Positions 10,153 through 20,872 are shown, counted from the first letter of the stretch. The stretch is DNA of 64,000 nt from IMGVR_UViG_3300035703_000006:62001-126000, one strand, 5' to 3'. The notes: a model not told the origin generated them from the sequence alone. Program-made: numbers and translations.

Positions 10153-10835
10153 AATTGAAACCCCAAACTATGAAACTTTCTGAATCTACTATTACTATCC
10201 TTAAGAACTTTGCTTCGATTAATCAATCAGTTTTGGTTAAGACTGGTTCTAGCCTTCGTACTATTTCTGTGATGAAAAACATTCTTGCGGAGGCAGAAAT
10301 TAAAGAAGAATTTCCAAAAGATTTTGCAATTTATGATCTTAATCAATTTTTGAATGGATTGAACTTGCATCAAGATCCAGATCTTGATTTTGCCAATGAT
10401 TCTCACGTAATTATTCGTGAAGGAAAAAGAAGAGTAAAATACTTTTTTGCCGATCCTGAAGTAATTGTTTCTCCGCCAGAAAAGCAAATTTCTCTTCCAT
10501 CTGAAGATGTTTGCTTTCAATTGGAACATTCTCAACTTGATAAACTCATTAAGGCATCTGCAGTTTATCAACTCCCAGATCTTTCTGCAGTTGGTGAAGC
10601 AGGTGTAATTCGTCTAGTTGTTCGTGATAAAAAGAATGACACTTCAAATGAATATTCTATTGTAGTTGGTGAAACTAATTCTACCTTTACTTTTAACTTT
10701 AAGGTAGAAAACATTAAGATCATTCCGGGTACTTATGATGTAGTTGTTTCACGTAAACTTTTGTCTCGTTTCACCAATGAAAAGTACAATTTAAATTACT
10801 ATATTGCTCTGGAACCTGATTCTTCTTTTGAGTAA
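10149..10835 (+). CDS. gp45: DNA polymerase sliding clamp gp45
   Basis: MKLSESTITILKNFASINQS, FAIYDLNQFL and YYIALE motifs. Confidence 0.96.
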   Translation: MKLKPQTMKLSESTITILKNFASINQSVLVKTGSSLRTISVMKNILAEAEIKEEFPKDFAIYDLNQFLNGLNLHQDPDLDFANDSHVIIREGKRRVKYFFADPEVIVSPPEKQISLPSEDVCFQLEHSQLDKLIKASAVYQLPDLSAVGEAGVIRLVVRDKKNDTSNEYSIVVGETNSTFTFNFKVENIKIIPGTYDVVVSRKLLSRFTNEKYNLNYYIALEPDSSFE

Positions 10836-10838
10836 TTT

Positions 10839-11366
10839 TTGATTTTTTATATTATGAATATTTTTGTCACTTCTCCTTGGCCTGCAGAAAGTGCTATTTG
10901 TCTTCCCGACAAACACATTGTGAAGATGCCTCTAGAGTGTTGCCAGATGCTTTCCATCGTGGCATCAGAAAAATGGGGGCATGGTTATGGTACTCTTCCT
11001 AAAATAGATGGAACCCCTTACAAAACCGAAAAAGGTGCGTTTCGTAATCACCCCTGCACTAAGTGGGCAATAGATAGCATTCATAATGCTTATTGGTTGA
11101 TTAAGTGGGGAATGAACTTGTGTGATGAGTACACGCTACGATACAATAAAGTTCATTCTTGCTACAAGACTCTTGTAGATGCTTACTATCTTTTTCCTAA
11201 AGGTAAGATTACTGAAGTAACACCATTTGCTCGTGCTATGCCAGATGAGTATAAACTTGACACAAGCATTGACACTTTTACTGCTTACAAGATGTATATC
11301 GCATCCAAACCTTGGGTTGCATCTAATTATCTTCGTATGCCAGAACGAAAACCTGAATGGATCTAA
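10839..11366 (+). CDS. Pyrimidine-dimer DNA glycosylase / DenV-like family protein
   Basis: MNIFV..., DKHIVKMPLECCQMLS, HPCTKW and PFARAMPDEYK pattern typical of this phage family. Confidence 0.65.
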   Translation: MIFYIMNIFVTSPWPAESAICLPDKHIVKMPLECCQMLSIVASEKWGHGYGTLPKIDGTPYKTEKGAFRNHPCTKWAIDSIHNAYWLIKWGMNLCDEYTLRYNKVHSCYKTLVDAYYLFPKGKITEVTPFARAMPDEYKLDTSIDTFTAYKMYIASKPWVASNYLRMPERKPEWI

Positions 11367-11369
11367 ATT

Positions 11370-12314
11370 ATGACAAGTGAATTTCTTTATGTGGAAAAGT
11401 ATCGTCCTCAAGTGATTGATGACTGTATTCTTCCTGATGATACTAAAAAAACATTTAAGGAGTTTGTGGAGAAAGGAGAAATTCCAAATCTTCTTCTTGC
11501 TGGACCTCCTGGTATTGGTAAAACTACAATCGCAAAAGCATTATGTAATGAATTGGGGGCAGACTATTATGTCATCAACGGATCCGACGAAGGACGTTTC
11601 TTGGATACTGTACGGAACCAGGCAAAAAACTTCGCTTCGACCGTCTCACTTACGGGATCTTCTAAACACAAAGTCATCATCATCGATGAGGCTGATAACA
11701 CAGGAAACGACGTACAACTCCTACTACGGGCGAATATTGAGGCATTTTATAACAACTGCCGATTCATCTTCACCTGTAACTATAAGAACAAAATCATTGA
11801 ACCTCTCCACTCCAGATGTGCCGTCATTGACTTTACAATTAAAGGAAAACAGCGAGTACAACTTGCAGGGAATTTCTTTCAAAGGTTACAATTTATCCTC
11901 AATCAAGAAAAGATTGAGTACGATCAAAAAGTCGTTGCGGAACTCGTATCCAAATATTTTCCCGATTTTCGACGTGTTTTAAACGAGATTCAAAGATACT
12001 CTACTGGAGGTAAAATTGATTCTGGTATTCTTGCATCTTTCTCTGACATTTCTGTAAATGAACTTATTAAAAATCTCAAGGATAAGAACTTTCCTGAAGT
12101 TCGAAAGTGGGTGGTCGGGAACTTGGATAACGACGCTAGTAGTCTACTTCGCAGGGTGTATGACGCCTGTTATGATTGCCTTTCGCCCCAGTCTATCCCT
12201 GCTGCCGTTCTTGTTATTGCTAAGTATCAATACCAATGTGCGTTTGTGGCTGATCAGGAAATTAACCTCCTAGCAGCATTGACAGAAATAATGTGTGAGT
12301 GCGAATTCAAATGA
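11370..12314 (+). CDS. gp44: Clamp loader large subunit gp44
   Basis: LYVEKYRP, GPPGIGKTT, IIDEAD, SRC and FPDFRR RFC-type AAA+ motifs. Confidence 0.97.
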   Translation: MTSEFLYVEKYRPQVIDDCILPDDTKKTFKEFVEKGEIPNLLLAGPPGIGKTTIAKALCNELGADYYVINGSDEGRFLDTVRNQAKNFASTVSLTGSSKHKVIIIDEADNTGNDVQLLLRANIEAFYNNCRFIFTCNYKNKIIEPLHSRCAVIDFTIKGKQRVQLAGNFFQRLQFILNQEKIEYDQKVVAELVSKYFPDFRRVLNEIQRYSTGGKIDSGILASFSDISVNELIKNLKDKNFPEVRKWVVGNLDNDASSLLRRVYDACYDCLSPQSIPAAVLVIAKYQYQCAFVADQEINLLAALTEIMCECEFK

Positions 12315-12517
12315 ATCCATATAAAATTAATAAAGCATCTCTCTATGAGATTCCAATAAAAACAAATCCTGAAAATGTAAAAGAAGCAAATGAAGGTTTG
12401 TTTCGTGCAAAAATGACTCTTCCTGCTGCTGCAAAACATTGTGGTATGACACAGAAAGAGATGAAACTTACTTTTTTTGAATACTTGAAGTATAATAAAC
12501 CTGATTATGAAAGTTGA
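12311..12517 (+). CDS. Small conserved hypothetical protein
   Basis: ORF coupled between gp44 and gp62 (LPAAAKHCGMT, HTH-like). Confidence 0.6.
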   Translation: MNPYKINKASLYEIPIKTNPENVKEANEGLFRAKMTLPAAAKHCGMTQKEMKLTFFEYLKYNKPDYES

Positions 12518-12893
12518 ACTTAAAGATTGGTTGAATTCAATCAATCAGACAAAGGTTAATTTAATTGATGAAAATCCTTCACTTGAAAGGGAATATCCTC
12601 CATATGTGATCAATCGGTGCTTTTCTGGTCATATTGATTGTATAATGTTTGCGAATGAAATGAATCAATATCATTTTCTTTCAAAGAAGATGCAATATGA
12701 TTTTTATATAAATAGTCTGAGGAAAAAGAAAAGATTTTCTCCTTGGATTCGTAAAGATACAATTAAAGATATCGATTGCATTAAACTTTATTATGGATAC
12801 AACGATGAAAAGGCAAAGCAAGCTTTGAAAATTTTAACAAAAGAGCAAATCAATTTTATAAAATCAAAATTTGAAACTGGAGGAATGAAATGA
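12507..12893 (+). CDS. gp62: Clamp loader small subunit gp62
   Basis: LKDWLNSIN, YPPYVINR, RKKKRFSPW and YYGYN motifs. Confidence 0.92.
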   Translation: MKVELKDWLNSINQTKVNLIDENPSLEREYPPYVINRCFSGHIDCIMFANEMNQYHFLSKKMQYDFYINSLRKKKRFSPWIRKDTIKDIDCIKLYYGYNDEKAKQALKILTKEQINFIKSKFETGGMK

Positions 12894-13330
12894 CTGCTAT
12901 TGTTGAACCTATTGTGAATTGGACTCCTGAACAAATGATTGAGGTGGTTTTAAACGAACCTGATGACTTTTTGAAAGTTCGTGAAACGTTAACTCGTATT
13001 GGAGTTGCCTCACGTAAAGAAAAAAAGATTTATCAGTCTTGTCATATCCTTCATAAGCAAGGTCGATATTATATTGTTCACTTTAAAGAACTTTTTGCAC
13101 TTGATGGTAAGTATGCAAACTTAACATTGAATGATGTTCAAAGAAGAAATAGAATTATTCAACTTTTGTCTGATTGGGGACTTATTACAGTTGTCAAGGC
13201 AGAAAAAATTGTAGATATTGCTCCTTTGAATCAGATTAAAGTTATTTCTTATAAGGAAAAGGGTGATTGGATTCTAGAAACCAAGTATAATATTGGTGCA
13301 AAGAAAAAAAAGGTAGAAGATACCGAATAA
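12890..13330 (+). CDS. regA: Translational repressor RegA
   Basis: PDDFLKVRETLTRIGVAS and YQSCHILHKQGRYYIVHFKELFALDG. Confidence 0.97.
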   Translation: MTAIVEPIVNWTPEQMIEVVLNEPDDFLKVRETLTRIGVASRKEKKIYQSCHILHKQGRYYIVHFKELFALDGKYANLTLNDVQRRNRIIQLLSDWGLITVVKAEKIVDIAPLNQIKVISYKEKGDWILETKYNIGAKKKKVEDTE

Positions 13331-13336
13331 AAAATG

Positions 13337-13362
13337 GACGGGTTTCCTGCCCGTCTTTTTTT
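13337..13362 (+). terminator. Intrinsic terminator after regA
   Basis: GACGGG/CCCGTC stem followed by a T run. Confidence 0.75.
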
Positions 13363-13437
13363 ATGATCTATTATAATTATATACGGATGCCGAAAGGATC
13401 CACACAAAACAAACTCGCTTTTAAAGGAGCTACTATA

Positions 13438-13872
13438 ATGACTAACCTCACAAGGTATACTGCTGCGGATCTTCCTACCTTAATGGATAGAATTACTCGC
13501 AATAGTATTGGGATGGACGAATACTTTGATCGTCTATTCAATCTTCACGAAACTACTTCTAATTATCCACCTTACAATCTTGTGCAAGTCAGCAGTGTTG
13601 AATCTCGTTTAGAAATTGCACTTGCAGGATTTAAGAAATCAGAAGTTAATGTTTTTACCGAATATGGAAAACTTTTTGTTGAGGGGCAAAAAGAAGATAA
13701 AGAAACTAATACTCAATATGTCCATAAAGGTCTGGCTCAAAGAAGTTTCAAAAGATCTTGGACAATTGCAGATGATACTGAGGTAAAAGATGTAATTTTT
13801 GAAGATGGACTTCTTTCAATCCAATTAAGAAAAATTGTCCCTCAGCACCATCAAAGAAAAGATTATCTATAA
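13438..13872 (+). CDS. hsp20: Small heat-shock protein Hsp20
   Basis: YPPYNL, EIALAGF, HKGLAQRSF and DGLLSI motifs; AAGGAG Shine-Dalgarno before ATG 13438 (the track start at 13363 is too far upstream). Confidence 0.95.
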   Translation: MTNLTRYTAADLPTLMDRITRNSIGMDEYFDRLFNLHETTSNYPPYNLVQVSSVESRLEIALAGFKKSEVNVFTEYGKLFVEGQKEDKETNTQYVHKGLAQRSFKRSWTIADDTEVKDVIFEDGLLSIQLRKIVPQHHQRKDYL

Positions 13873-13906
13873 ATAATAATTGAATATCGTCGGCGTTTTT
13901 GCCCAT

Positions 13907-13960
13907 TGGGGAGGTAACTGGCAAAATCCAGTTGACAACTCCCCTTTTTTGTTGTAAAAT
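13907..13960 (+). promoter_or_regulatory. Terminator hairpin (GGGGAG/CTCCCC + T run) enclosing TTGACA, with TAAAAT 17 bp downstream
   Basis: TTGACA at 13932-13937 and TAAAAT at 13955-13960. Confidence 0.7.
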
Positions 13961-13980
13961 GTTAAAAAAGTTATAATGAA

Positions 13981-14352
13981 ATGACTATAAAACTTGCAAT
14001 ATTAAAGTCTGGAGAAGATGTAATTGCTGACATCAAAGAACTTATTTCAGAGGATGAAAAAGTAATTTCTTATGTTTTTACTGATCCATTTTGTGTTAAA
14101 TTAGTTGAACCAGAAATTTTAACAGATGCTGATCCTCAAAAAATAAACAGGCAATATAGTTTATCTGTGTATCCTTGGATACCACTTACTGAGCAAAAGG
14201 ATATCGTAGTTAACCCTGACTGGGTTGTTTCTATCGTAGAACCTGCTACGACATTAAAAAAATCTTATGAGGAGAAAGTTTATGGAAGAAGCACAAACAA
14301 AACAATTGATTCAGATTCTAGTACTTCAGAACAACTTGAATCTGATAACTGA
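13981..14352 (+). CDS. Conserved cyanophage hypothetical protein upstream of gp43
   Basis: IKLAILKSGEDVIADIKE...YPWIPLT; usual position. Confidence 0.75.
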   Translation: MTIKLAILKSGEDVIADIKELISEDEKVISYVFTDPFCVKLVEPEILTDADPQKINRQYSLSVYPWIPLTEQKDIVVNPDWVVSIVEPATTLKKSYEEKVYGRSTNKTIDSDSSTSEQLESDN

Positions 14353-14554
14353 AATTGAAGAGATTCTTGTTGATTTTGGTGAACCAAATTGCAAATTGAC
14401 AAATCCTTATATTATAAATGAAGATAAAACCCTTTCTTCTTGGTTAAGTGAATATACAAATGATATTGAAATTATGATTAGTTCAGATAAAATTCTGACA
14501 ATCATTGAACCGAATGGTAAACTACTTGACGAATATTTAAAAATCACAAAATGA
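14282..14554 (+). CDS. Conserved cyanophage hypothetical protein
   Basis: EEILVDFGEPNCKLTNPY...MISSDKILTIIEP; overlaps the gp43 start. Confidence 0.7.
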   Translation: MEEAQTKQLIQILVLQNNLNLITEIEEILVDFGEPNCKLTNPYIINEDKTLSSWLSEYTNDIEIMISSDKILTIIEPNGKLLDEYLKITK

Positions 14555-17043
14555 AATTTTACACCAATGTCTATGAAAAATTTAATAAAATTATGGTTCG
14601 TGGATATGACAATGGTGAATATTTTCAAATAGAAGAGGATTATCAACCAACTTTTTTTGTTTCCTCAAATAAAAAAACAAAATATAAAACTCTTGATGGA
14701 TATTTTGTAGAATCAATTCAACCTGGAAAAATTTCTGATTGTAAAGAGTTTCTTGAAAAGTATTCAAATGTAGATGGTTTTAATGTTTATGGTAACGACA
14801 ACTACAAAGCACAATATATTTCCGATAAGTATCCTGAAGATGAAATTAAATTTGACATCACAAAAATTAGATTAGTCACTATTGACATTGAAGTTGCTGC
14901 TGAAAATGGATTTCCTAATGTATTTGATTGTGCAGAAGAAATTTTAACTATAACCCTTCAAAATTATGCAACAAAACAAATTATTTGTTTTGCTAATGGC
15001 AGAGAATATAAAAATACACGTAAAGATGTTGCTTATGTTGAATGTGTTGATGAAGTTGATCTAATTAATAGATTTCTCTCTTTTTGGCAACAACATACAC
15101 CAGATGCCATAACCGGATGGAATTGTGAGTTGTATGATATGCCATATATTGCAGGACGTATAGAAAGGATTCTTGGGGAAAAAGAGGCACGTCGTCTTTC
15201 TCCGTGGGGGAATATTCGCAGAAAGGAACTAGTGATTCAAGGAAGAGAGCAAATTTCTTATGAAATTGCTGGAGTATCTGTAATTGATTATCTTGATTTA
15301 TATAAGAAGTTTACTTATACAAATCAAGAATCTTATCGTCTTGATCATATTGCTTTTGTTGAATTGGGTCAAAAGAAATTAGATCACTCTGAGTTTGATA
15401 CATTTAGGGAATTTTATACAAAAGACTGGCAAAAGTTTGTTGATTATAATATCAAAGACGTTGAACTCGTTGATCAACTGGAAGACAAGATGAAACTTAT
15501 TGAATTGTGTCTTACTATGGCATATGATGCTAAAGTCAATTACAATGATGTTTTTTATCAAGTAAGGACTTGGGATGCAATTATTTACAATTACCTCAAA
15601 AAGCGTAACATTGTAATTCCACCAAAAGACAAATCATCTAAAGATGATAAATTTGCAGGAGCATATGTTAAAGAACCAAATCCTGGAATATACGATTGGG
15701 TAGTTAGTTTTGACCTCAATAGTCTTTATCCTCATCTTATTATGCAATATAATATTTCACCAGAAACTTTAGTTGAAACTAAACATCCATCAGCTTCAGT
15801 TGAAAGAATACTTTCAAAGCAAATAAGTATTGATGGAGAATATTGTGTTTGTGCAAATGGAGCACAATACAGAAAAGATATTAAAGGATTTCTTCCAGAG
15901 TTAATGGAGAAAATGTACAATGATAGAGTAATTTTCAAAAAGAAAATGCTTGCTGCAAAGCAGCAATATGAAAAAACTCCAACTAAAGAATTGGAAAAAG
16001 AAATTGCCCGTTGTAATAATATTCAGATGGCAAAGAAAATTTCTTTGAACTCTGCTTATGGTGCTATTGGTAATCAGTATTTTCGTTATTATAAACTTGC
16101 AAATGCTGAAGCAATTACTTTATCTGGACAAGTATCAATCCGTTGGATTGAAAGTAAAATGAATCAATATCTAAATAAAGTACTAAAATCTGAAAACGTT
16201 GATTATGTTATTGCTTCTGATACTGATTCTATCTATCTCAATATGGGTCCTTTGGTTCAAAGTGTATACCAGGGAAGAGAGAAAACTAGTAAGAAAGTTG
16301 TTGGGTTCCTTGACAAGATCTGTAAAATGGAACTTGAACCTTATATTGAAAGTTCTTACCAAGAATTGGCAGATTATGTAAATGCTTATGCACAAAAGAT
16401 GCAGATGAAACGAGAAAACATTGCTGATCGTGGAATCTGGACTGCCAAAAAAAGATATATTCTTAATGTGTGGGACTCCGAAGGTGTTAGGTATGAGCAA
16501 CCAAAACTTAAGATTATGGGTCTTGAAGCAGTTAAATCATCAACTCCTGCACCTTGTCGTCAAATGATTAAAGATGGTCTTAAACTTATCATGACAAAAA
16601 CCGAAGATGATTTGATTGAATATATTGATACATCAAGAAAAAAATTTAATAGTCTTTCTGTTGAAGAGATTTCTTTTCCAAGAACAGTTAATGATGTTGT
16701 AAAACATAAAGCACAATCTACAATTTATGGAAAAGGAACCCCAATTCATGTTAGAGGTGCTCTTCTTTATAATCATATAATCAAAGAAAAAAATCTTGAT
16801 AAAAAATATGCAACTATTCAAAATGGTGAAAAGATAAAATTTTGTTATCTTAAACTTCCAAATCCAATTCGTGAAAATGTCATATCATATATTCAAGAAT
16901 TTCCAAAAGAATTGGCACTGGACAAATACATTGATTATGAATTACAATTTAATAAAGCATTTTTAGAACCAATGAGGGTTATTCTTGATGCTATTGGTTG
17001 GAAAGTTGAAAAAACTATAAGTTTAGAATCATTTTTTGCCTAA
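14551..17043 (+). CDS. gp43: Family B DNA polymerase gp43
   Basis: DIE exonuclease motif, FDLNSLYP, KISLNSAYG and SDTDS; uninterrupted, no intein seen. Confidence 0.99.
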   Translation: MKFYTNVYEKFNKIMVRGYDNGEYFQIEEDYQPTFFVSSNKKTKYKTLDGYFVESIQPGKISDCKEFLEKYSNVDGFNVYGNDNYKAQYISDKYPEDEIKFDITKIRLVTIDIEVAAENGFPNVFDCAEEILTITLQNYATKQIICFANGREYKNTRKDVAYVECVDEVDLINRFLSFWQQHTPDAITGWNCELYDMPYIAGRIERILGEKEARRLSPWGNIRRKELVIQGREQISYEIAGVSVIDYLDLYKKFTYTNQESYRLDHIAFVELGQKKLDHSEFDTFREFYTKDWQKFVDYNIKDVELVDQLEDKMKLIELCLTMAYDAKVNYNDVFYQVRTWDAIIYNYLKKRNIVIPPKDKSSKDDKFAGAYVKEPNPGIYDWVVSFDLNSLYPHLIMQYNISPETLVETKHPSASVERILSKQISIDGEYCVCANGAQYRKDIKGFLPELMEKMYNDRVIFKKKMLAAKQQYEKTPTKELEKEIARCNNIQMAKKISLNSAYGAIGNQYFRYYKLANAEAITLSGQVSIRWIESKMNQYLNKVLKSENVDYVIASDTDSIYLNMGPLVQSVYQGREKTSKKVVGFLDKICKMELEPYIESSYQELADYVNAYAQKMQMKRENIADRGIWTAKKRYILNVWDSEGVRYEQPKLKIMGLEAVKSSTPAPCRQMIKDGLKLIMTKTEDDLIEYIDTSRKKFNSLSVEEISFPRTVNDVVKHKAQSTIYGKGTPIHVRGALLYNHIIKEKNLDKKYATIQNGEKIKFCYLKLPNPIRENVISYIQEFPKELALDKYIDYELQFNKAFLEPMRVILDAIGWKVEKTISLESFFA

Positions 17044-17180
17044 TGGAATTACCTATTACCGAGAAAGAGTTAGAAACAATTATTATGTCTTTAAAGGATA
17101 AACAATATTCTCTTTACTCTAAACTTTGGTCATATAAAATTAACAATTTAAACAAGGAGAAAAAGAATGGATTTTCTTAA
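17043..17180 (+). CDS. Small hypothetical protein (45 aa, [14 protein letters not shown]...)
   Basis: Read by eye; ATG overlaps the gp43 stop. Confidence 0.45.
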   Translation: MELPITEKELETIIMSLKDKQYSLYSKLWSYKINNLNKEKKNGFS

Positions 17181-18171
17181 AGATATTGTAAAAGAAATTG
17201 GTGGGGAATATACACAACTCGCTGCTGATATTGATGAGACCGAGACTTATGTTGACACAGGTTCGTATATTTTTAATGCACTGGTTTCAGGTAGTATATT
17301 TGGTGGTGTATCTGGCAATAAGATTACTACTATTGCTGGAGAGTCTTCTACTGGAAAGACTTTCTTTTCTCTCGCTGTGGTTAAGAATTTTTTGGATAAC
17401 AACCCCGATGGGTATTGTCTCTATTTTGATACTGAAGCTGCTGTAACAAAATCTTTACTTCAAAGTCGTGGTCTTGATATTAATAGAATTGTTGTAGTTA
17501 ATGTTGTGACCATAGAAGAGTTTCGTTCAAAGGCACTTAAGGCAGTTGATTTGTACCTAAAGAAAAAAGAAACAGAACGAAAACCCTGTATGTTTGTTCT
17601 TGATTCTTTAGGGATGCTATCAACAGAAAAAGAAATTCAAGATGCTTTAGATGATAAACAAGTTCGTGATATGACAAAATCTCAATTAGTGAAGGGTGCA
17701 TTCAGAATGCTAACTCTTAAGTTGGGACAAGCAAAAATTCCTATGATTGTTACTAATCACACTTATGATGTTGTGGGGTCTTATGTTCCTATGAAAGAGA
17801 TGAGTGGTGGTTCGGGTCTTAAATATGCTGCATCCACAATTATCTATTTGTCTAAGAAAAAAGAAAAAGACGGCACAGAAGTCGTGGGTAATATTATTAA
17901 AGCAACTACACACAAGTCAAGACTAAGTAAAGAAAATAAAACGGTAGAAATCCGTCTTTATTATGATGAAAGAGGATTGGACAAGTATTATGGTCTTCTT
18001 GACCTTGCTGAAAAATATGAAATATTTAAAAAAGTGGGAACAAGATATGACATCGGTGATGGGACAACTCAATTTGGAAAAACTATAAACGAAAATCCAG
18101 AAAAATATTTTACTCCACAAATTATGCAAGCAATTGATGAAGCAGCTAAGAATGAATTCACTTATGGGTGA
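17167..18171 (+). CDS. uvsX: RecA-like recombinase UvsX
   Basis: [21 protein letters not shown] and [11 protein letters not shown] motifs. Confidence 0.96.
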   Translation: MDFLKDIVKEIGGEYTQLAADIDETETYVDTGSYIFNALVSGSIFGGVSGNKITTIAGESSTGKTFFSLAVVKNFLDNNPDGYCLYFDTEAAVTKSLLQSRGLDINRIVVVNVVTIEEFRSKALKAVDLYLKKKETERKPCMFVLDSLGMLSTEKEIQDALDDKQVRDMTKSQLVKGAFRMLTLKLGQAKIPMIVTNHTYDVVGSYVPMKEMSGGSGLKYAASTIIYLSKKKEKDGTEVVGNIIKATTHKSRLSKENKTVEIRLYYDERGLDKYYGLLDLAEKYEIFKKVGTRYDIGDGTTQFGKTINENPEKYFTPQIMQAIDEAAKNEFTYG

Positions 18172-18722
18172 TGAATAATATTAGAGTCATAAAAACTGGA
18201 ATTGATGTATCTAAAATTTTAGATCAATTAAAACAATATCCAGAAGATTGGGGTTCTCAAAAGAATATTAAAGATAAAAAAATAGAACAACTTGACCCAA
18301 CAAAATATGCTGTTACAGTTGATGTTCTTCAACTAATAATGGGTGGAATTGAAAAAGAAGGACAATACGTTGGAAATACCGAGATTTGTATACAAACACC
18401 AGCATATGAAAAGCACACAGAGATTCTTAAATTTTTAAAAACATATTTTAAGAAAATACGTCGATGTGCTTTTCTTGCTTTACCAGTTGGTGAAATTGTT
18501 GGAACACATATTGATGAAGGAACTTATTATCTTACAAAAGATAGATACCACCTTTCCATTCAGGGAAAATACAGGTATAGTGTAGGAGATGAAACTATGA
18601 TTGTAAAACCTGGAACTTTTTTTTGGTTCAATAATAAACTTCCCCATAGTGCTGAAAATATTGGTGATGAGGTTAGAATTACTTTTGTATTTGATGCACC
18701 TCATCACAAAAAAAATCCATAG
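18168..18722 (+). CDS. 2OG-Fe(II) oxygenase, aspartyl/asparaginyl beta-hydroxylase-like
   Basis: HxD (HIDEG), RYHLSI, and [12 protein letters not shown]...RITFVFD. Confidence 0.8.
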   Translation: MMNNIRVIKTGIDVSKILDQLKQYPEDWGSQKNIKDKKIEQLDPTKYAVTVDVLQLIMGGIEKEGQYVGNTEICIQTPAYEKHTEILKFLKTYFKKIRRCAFLALPVGEIVGTHIDEGTYYLTKDRYHLSIQGKYRYSVGDETMIVKPGTFFWFNNKLPHSAENIGDEVRITFVFDAPHHKKNP

Positions 18723-18733
18723 TTAGAGGAGAA

Positions 18734-20113
18734 ATGGAAAAAGTTGAAACTACGATTCTTAGAAATCTCTTATTTAATAATGATTATTGTAGAAAGGTGT
18801 TGCCTTTTATAAAAAATGAATATTTTGAGAATCTTCACGAGAAAGTAGTTTTTGAGGAGATTTGTAAATTTATTGTTGCATATGAGCAACTTGCAACTAA
18901 AGAAGTTCTTTTGATTGAAACAGAAAAAAGGACTGATATTACAGAGGATACTTACAAAGTTATTTGTGATTATATTTCTAAACTTGATGATGCTCCAGCA
19001 GATAATCAATGGCTGATAGATACTACTGAAAAATGGTGTAGGGACAGAGCAATTTATCTTGCACTGATGGAATCTATTAAGATTGCTGACGGACAAGATG
19101 AAAAGAAATCAAGAGATTCTATTCCAGCAATTTTACAAGAAGCACTTGCTGTAGGATTTGATAGTCACATTGGACACGATTACTTAAAGGATTACTTAGA
19201 AAGATATGAATCTTATCACCGAAAGGAAGATAAAATCCCATTTGATTTGGAGTATTTTAACAAAATTACCAAAGGGGGTCTCCCTAACAAAACTCTTAAT
19301 ATCGCACTTGCTGGTACAGGTGTCGGGAAATCTTTATTCATGTGCCATATGGCTAGCTCCGTCTTGCTCCAAGGACGGAACGTTCTGTACATTACGCTTG
19401 AAATGGCAGAAGAGAAAATTGCTGAACGAATTGACGCAAATCTCTTGAATGTAAATATTAAAGATATTGAAACATTACCAAAAATGATGTTTGATACCAA
19501 AGTAAATAATATTGCAAAGAAGACACAAGGAACTTTGATTATTAAAGAGTATCCAACTGCTTCAGCACACGCAGGTCATTTTAGGGCACTTTTAAATGAA
19601 CTATCTCTTAAGAAATCATTTAAACCTGATATTATTTTCATTGACTACCTTAATATTTGTGGTTCCTCAAGATATAAGAGTAATTTTTCAGTTAACTCTT
19701 ACTCTTATGTTAAAGCAATTGCAGAAGAACTTCGTGGTCTTGCGGTTGAATCAAATGTTCCTATCGTTTCAGCCACCCAGACTACTCGTAGTGGTTTTTC
19801 TAGCTCTGACCCTGACCTTACTGATACTAGTGAGTCCTTTGGTCTTCCTGCTACTGCTGATCTTATGTTTGCCCTTATTAGCACAGAAGAGTTAGAACAA
19901 CTTGGGCAGATTATGGTAAAGCAATTGAAGAACCGATATAATGATCCAACAATGAATAAAAGATTTGTTGTTGGGATTGATAGGGCAAAAATGCGTCTTT
20001 ATGATGTTGAACAAAGTGCTCAAAAAGATATACTTGACTCTGGACAAGATGAAGAGTATGATAATAATGAAAATAAAAAATCTAAAAAGTCGTTTGAAGG
20101 ATTTAAATTTTAA
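18734..20113 (+). CDS. gp41: Replicative DNA helicase gp41
   Basis: LAGTGVGKS, ITLEMAEEKIAERIDAN, IDYLNI, SATQTTR and SESFGLPATAD motifs. Confidence 0.97.
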   Translation: MEKVETTILRNLLFNNDYCRKVLPFIKNEYFENLHEKVVFEEICKFIVAYEQLATKEVLLIETEKRTDITEDTYKVICDYISKLDDAPADNQWLIDTTEKWCRDRAIYLALMESIKIADGQDEKKSRDSIPAILQEALAVGFDSHIGHDYLKDYLERYESYHRKEDKIPFDLEYFNKITKGGLPNKTLNIALAGTGVGKSLFMCHMASSVLLQGRNVLYITLEMAEEKIAERIDANLLNVNIKDIETLPKMMFDTKVNNIAKKTQGTLIIKEYPTASAHAGHFRALLNELSLKKSFKPDIIFIDYLNICGSSRYKSNFSVNSYSYVKAIAEELRGLAVESNVPIVSATQTTRSGFSSSDPDLTDTSESFGLPATADLMFALISTEELEQLGQIMVKQLKNRYNDPTMNKRFVVGIDRAKMRLYDVEQSAQKDILDSGQDEEYDNNENKKSKKSFEGFKF

Positions 20114-20529
20114 TGGAAACTGCTAAACACGTTAATTTTAATAAGTATGCTGAGTTTGTGGATGCTGTAACTTCTGATGCATCCAAAGATTTTCTTGCAC
20201 TCTCTGACCGATTGGTTGAACTTGATGAGAAGGGTGCTAATATTGAACGACTCCTTACTGCTGCTGTTGGTATTAATGCCGAAGGTGGTGAATTTATGGA
20301 AATTGTCAAAAAGATGGTCTTTCAAGGTAAACCATATAATGAAGACAACCGAGAACACCTGATTATTGAACTTGGGGATATTATGTGGTATGTTGCTCAG
20401 GCTTGTCTTGCACTCAATGTAAGTCTTGATGATGTAGTTGCTCGTAACGTGCAAAAACTTCTCAAGCGTTATCCTGAAGGTGCTTTTGATGTTTACTTCT
20501 CTGAAAATCGTGCTTCTGACGACCGATGA
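20113..20529 (+). CDS. mazG: MazG nucleotide pyrophosphohydrolase
   Basis: AEGGEFMEIVKK...ELGDIMWY...N..KL..RYP. Confidence 0.92.
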   Translation: METAKHVNFNKYAEFVDAVTSDASKDFLALSDRLVELDEKGANIERLLTAAVGINAEGGEFMEIVKKMVFQGKPYNEDNREHLIIELGDIMWYVAQACLALNVSLDDVVARNVQKLLKRYPEGAFDVYFSENRASDDR

Positions 20530-20681
20530 CTGAAACTTCTTGGCCTTATAACCATAGGCATTCTTCTGAACTTTGGAATATTACTGCTGAAATACTTACA
20601 GAACTTTCCCGAAGAGATGAAGTTAAGTATCGTGTAAAGGCAACAGAAGAATCTGTAAAGAAAAAATTGGAGGTACTATGA
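20526..20681 (+). CDS. Small hypothetical protein (51 aa)
   Basis: ATGA-coupled on both sides; MTETSWPYNHRHSSELW... Confidence 0.55.
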   Translation: MTETSWPYNHRHSSELWNITAEILTELSRRDEVKYRVKATEESVKKKLEVL

Positions 20682-20860
20682 CTAAAGAAAAACAAGTAAC
20701 AATTAAAATGGATGTTCGTTCTGCTGCCGCAGTTCGTCAAATTCTTTTTGAATCTCAAAAGGGATACACTTATGATGAAGTATGTGTACCTCCAAGAATT
20801 TCAGATATTCGTGTAGTTATTTCTAATCTTGATGATGCAATCGGTAAAGTAGTTGAATAA
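20678..20860 (+). CDS. Small conserved hypothetical protein
   Basis: GGAGG Shine-Dalgarno; VRSAAAVRQILF. Confidence 0.65.
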   Translation: MTKEKQVTIKMDVRSAAAVRQILFESQKGYTYDEVCVPPRISDIRVVISNLDDAIGKVVE

Positions 20861-20872
20861 TAAAAAAAATAT

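Noticed and set aside
13363-13437. N-terminal extension of Hsp20 in the track
   Set aside because: It overlaps the promoter and leader; the Shine-Dalgarno supports ATG 13438.
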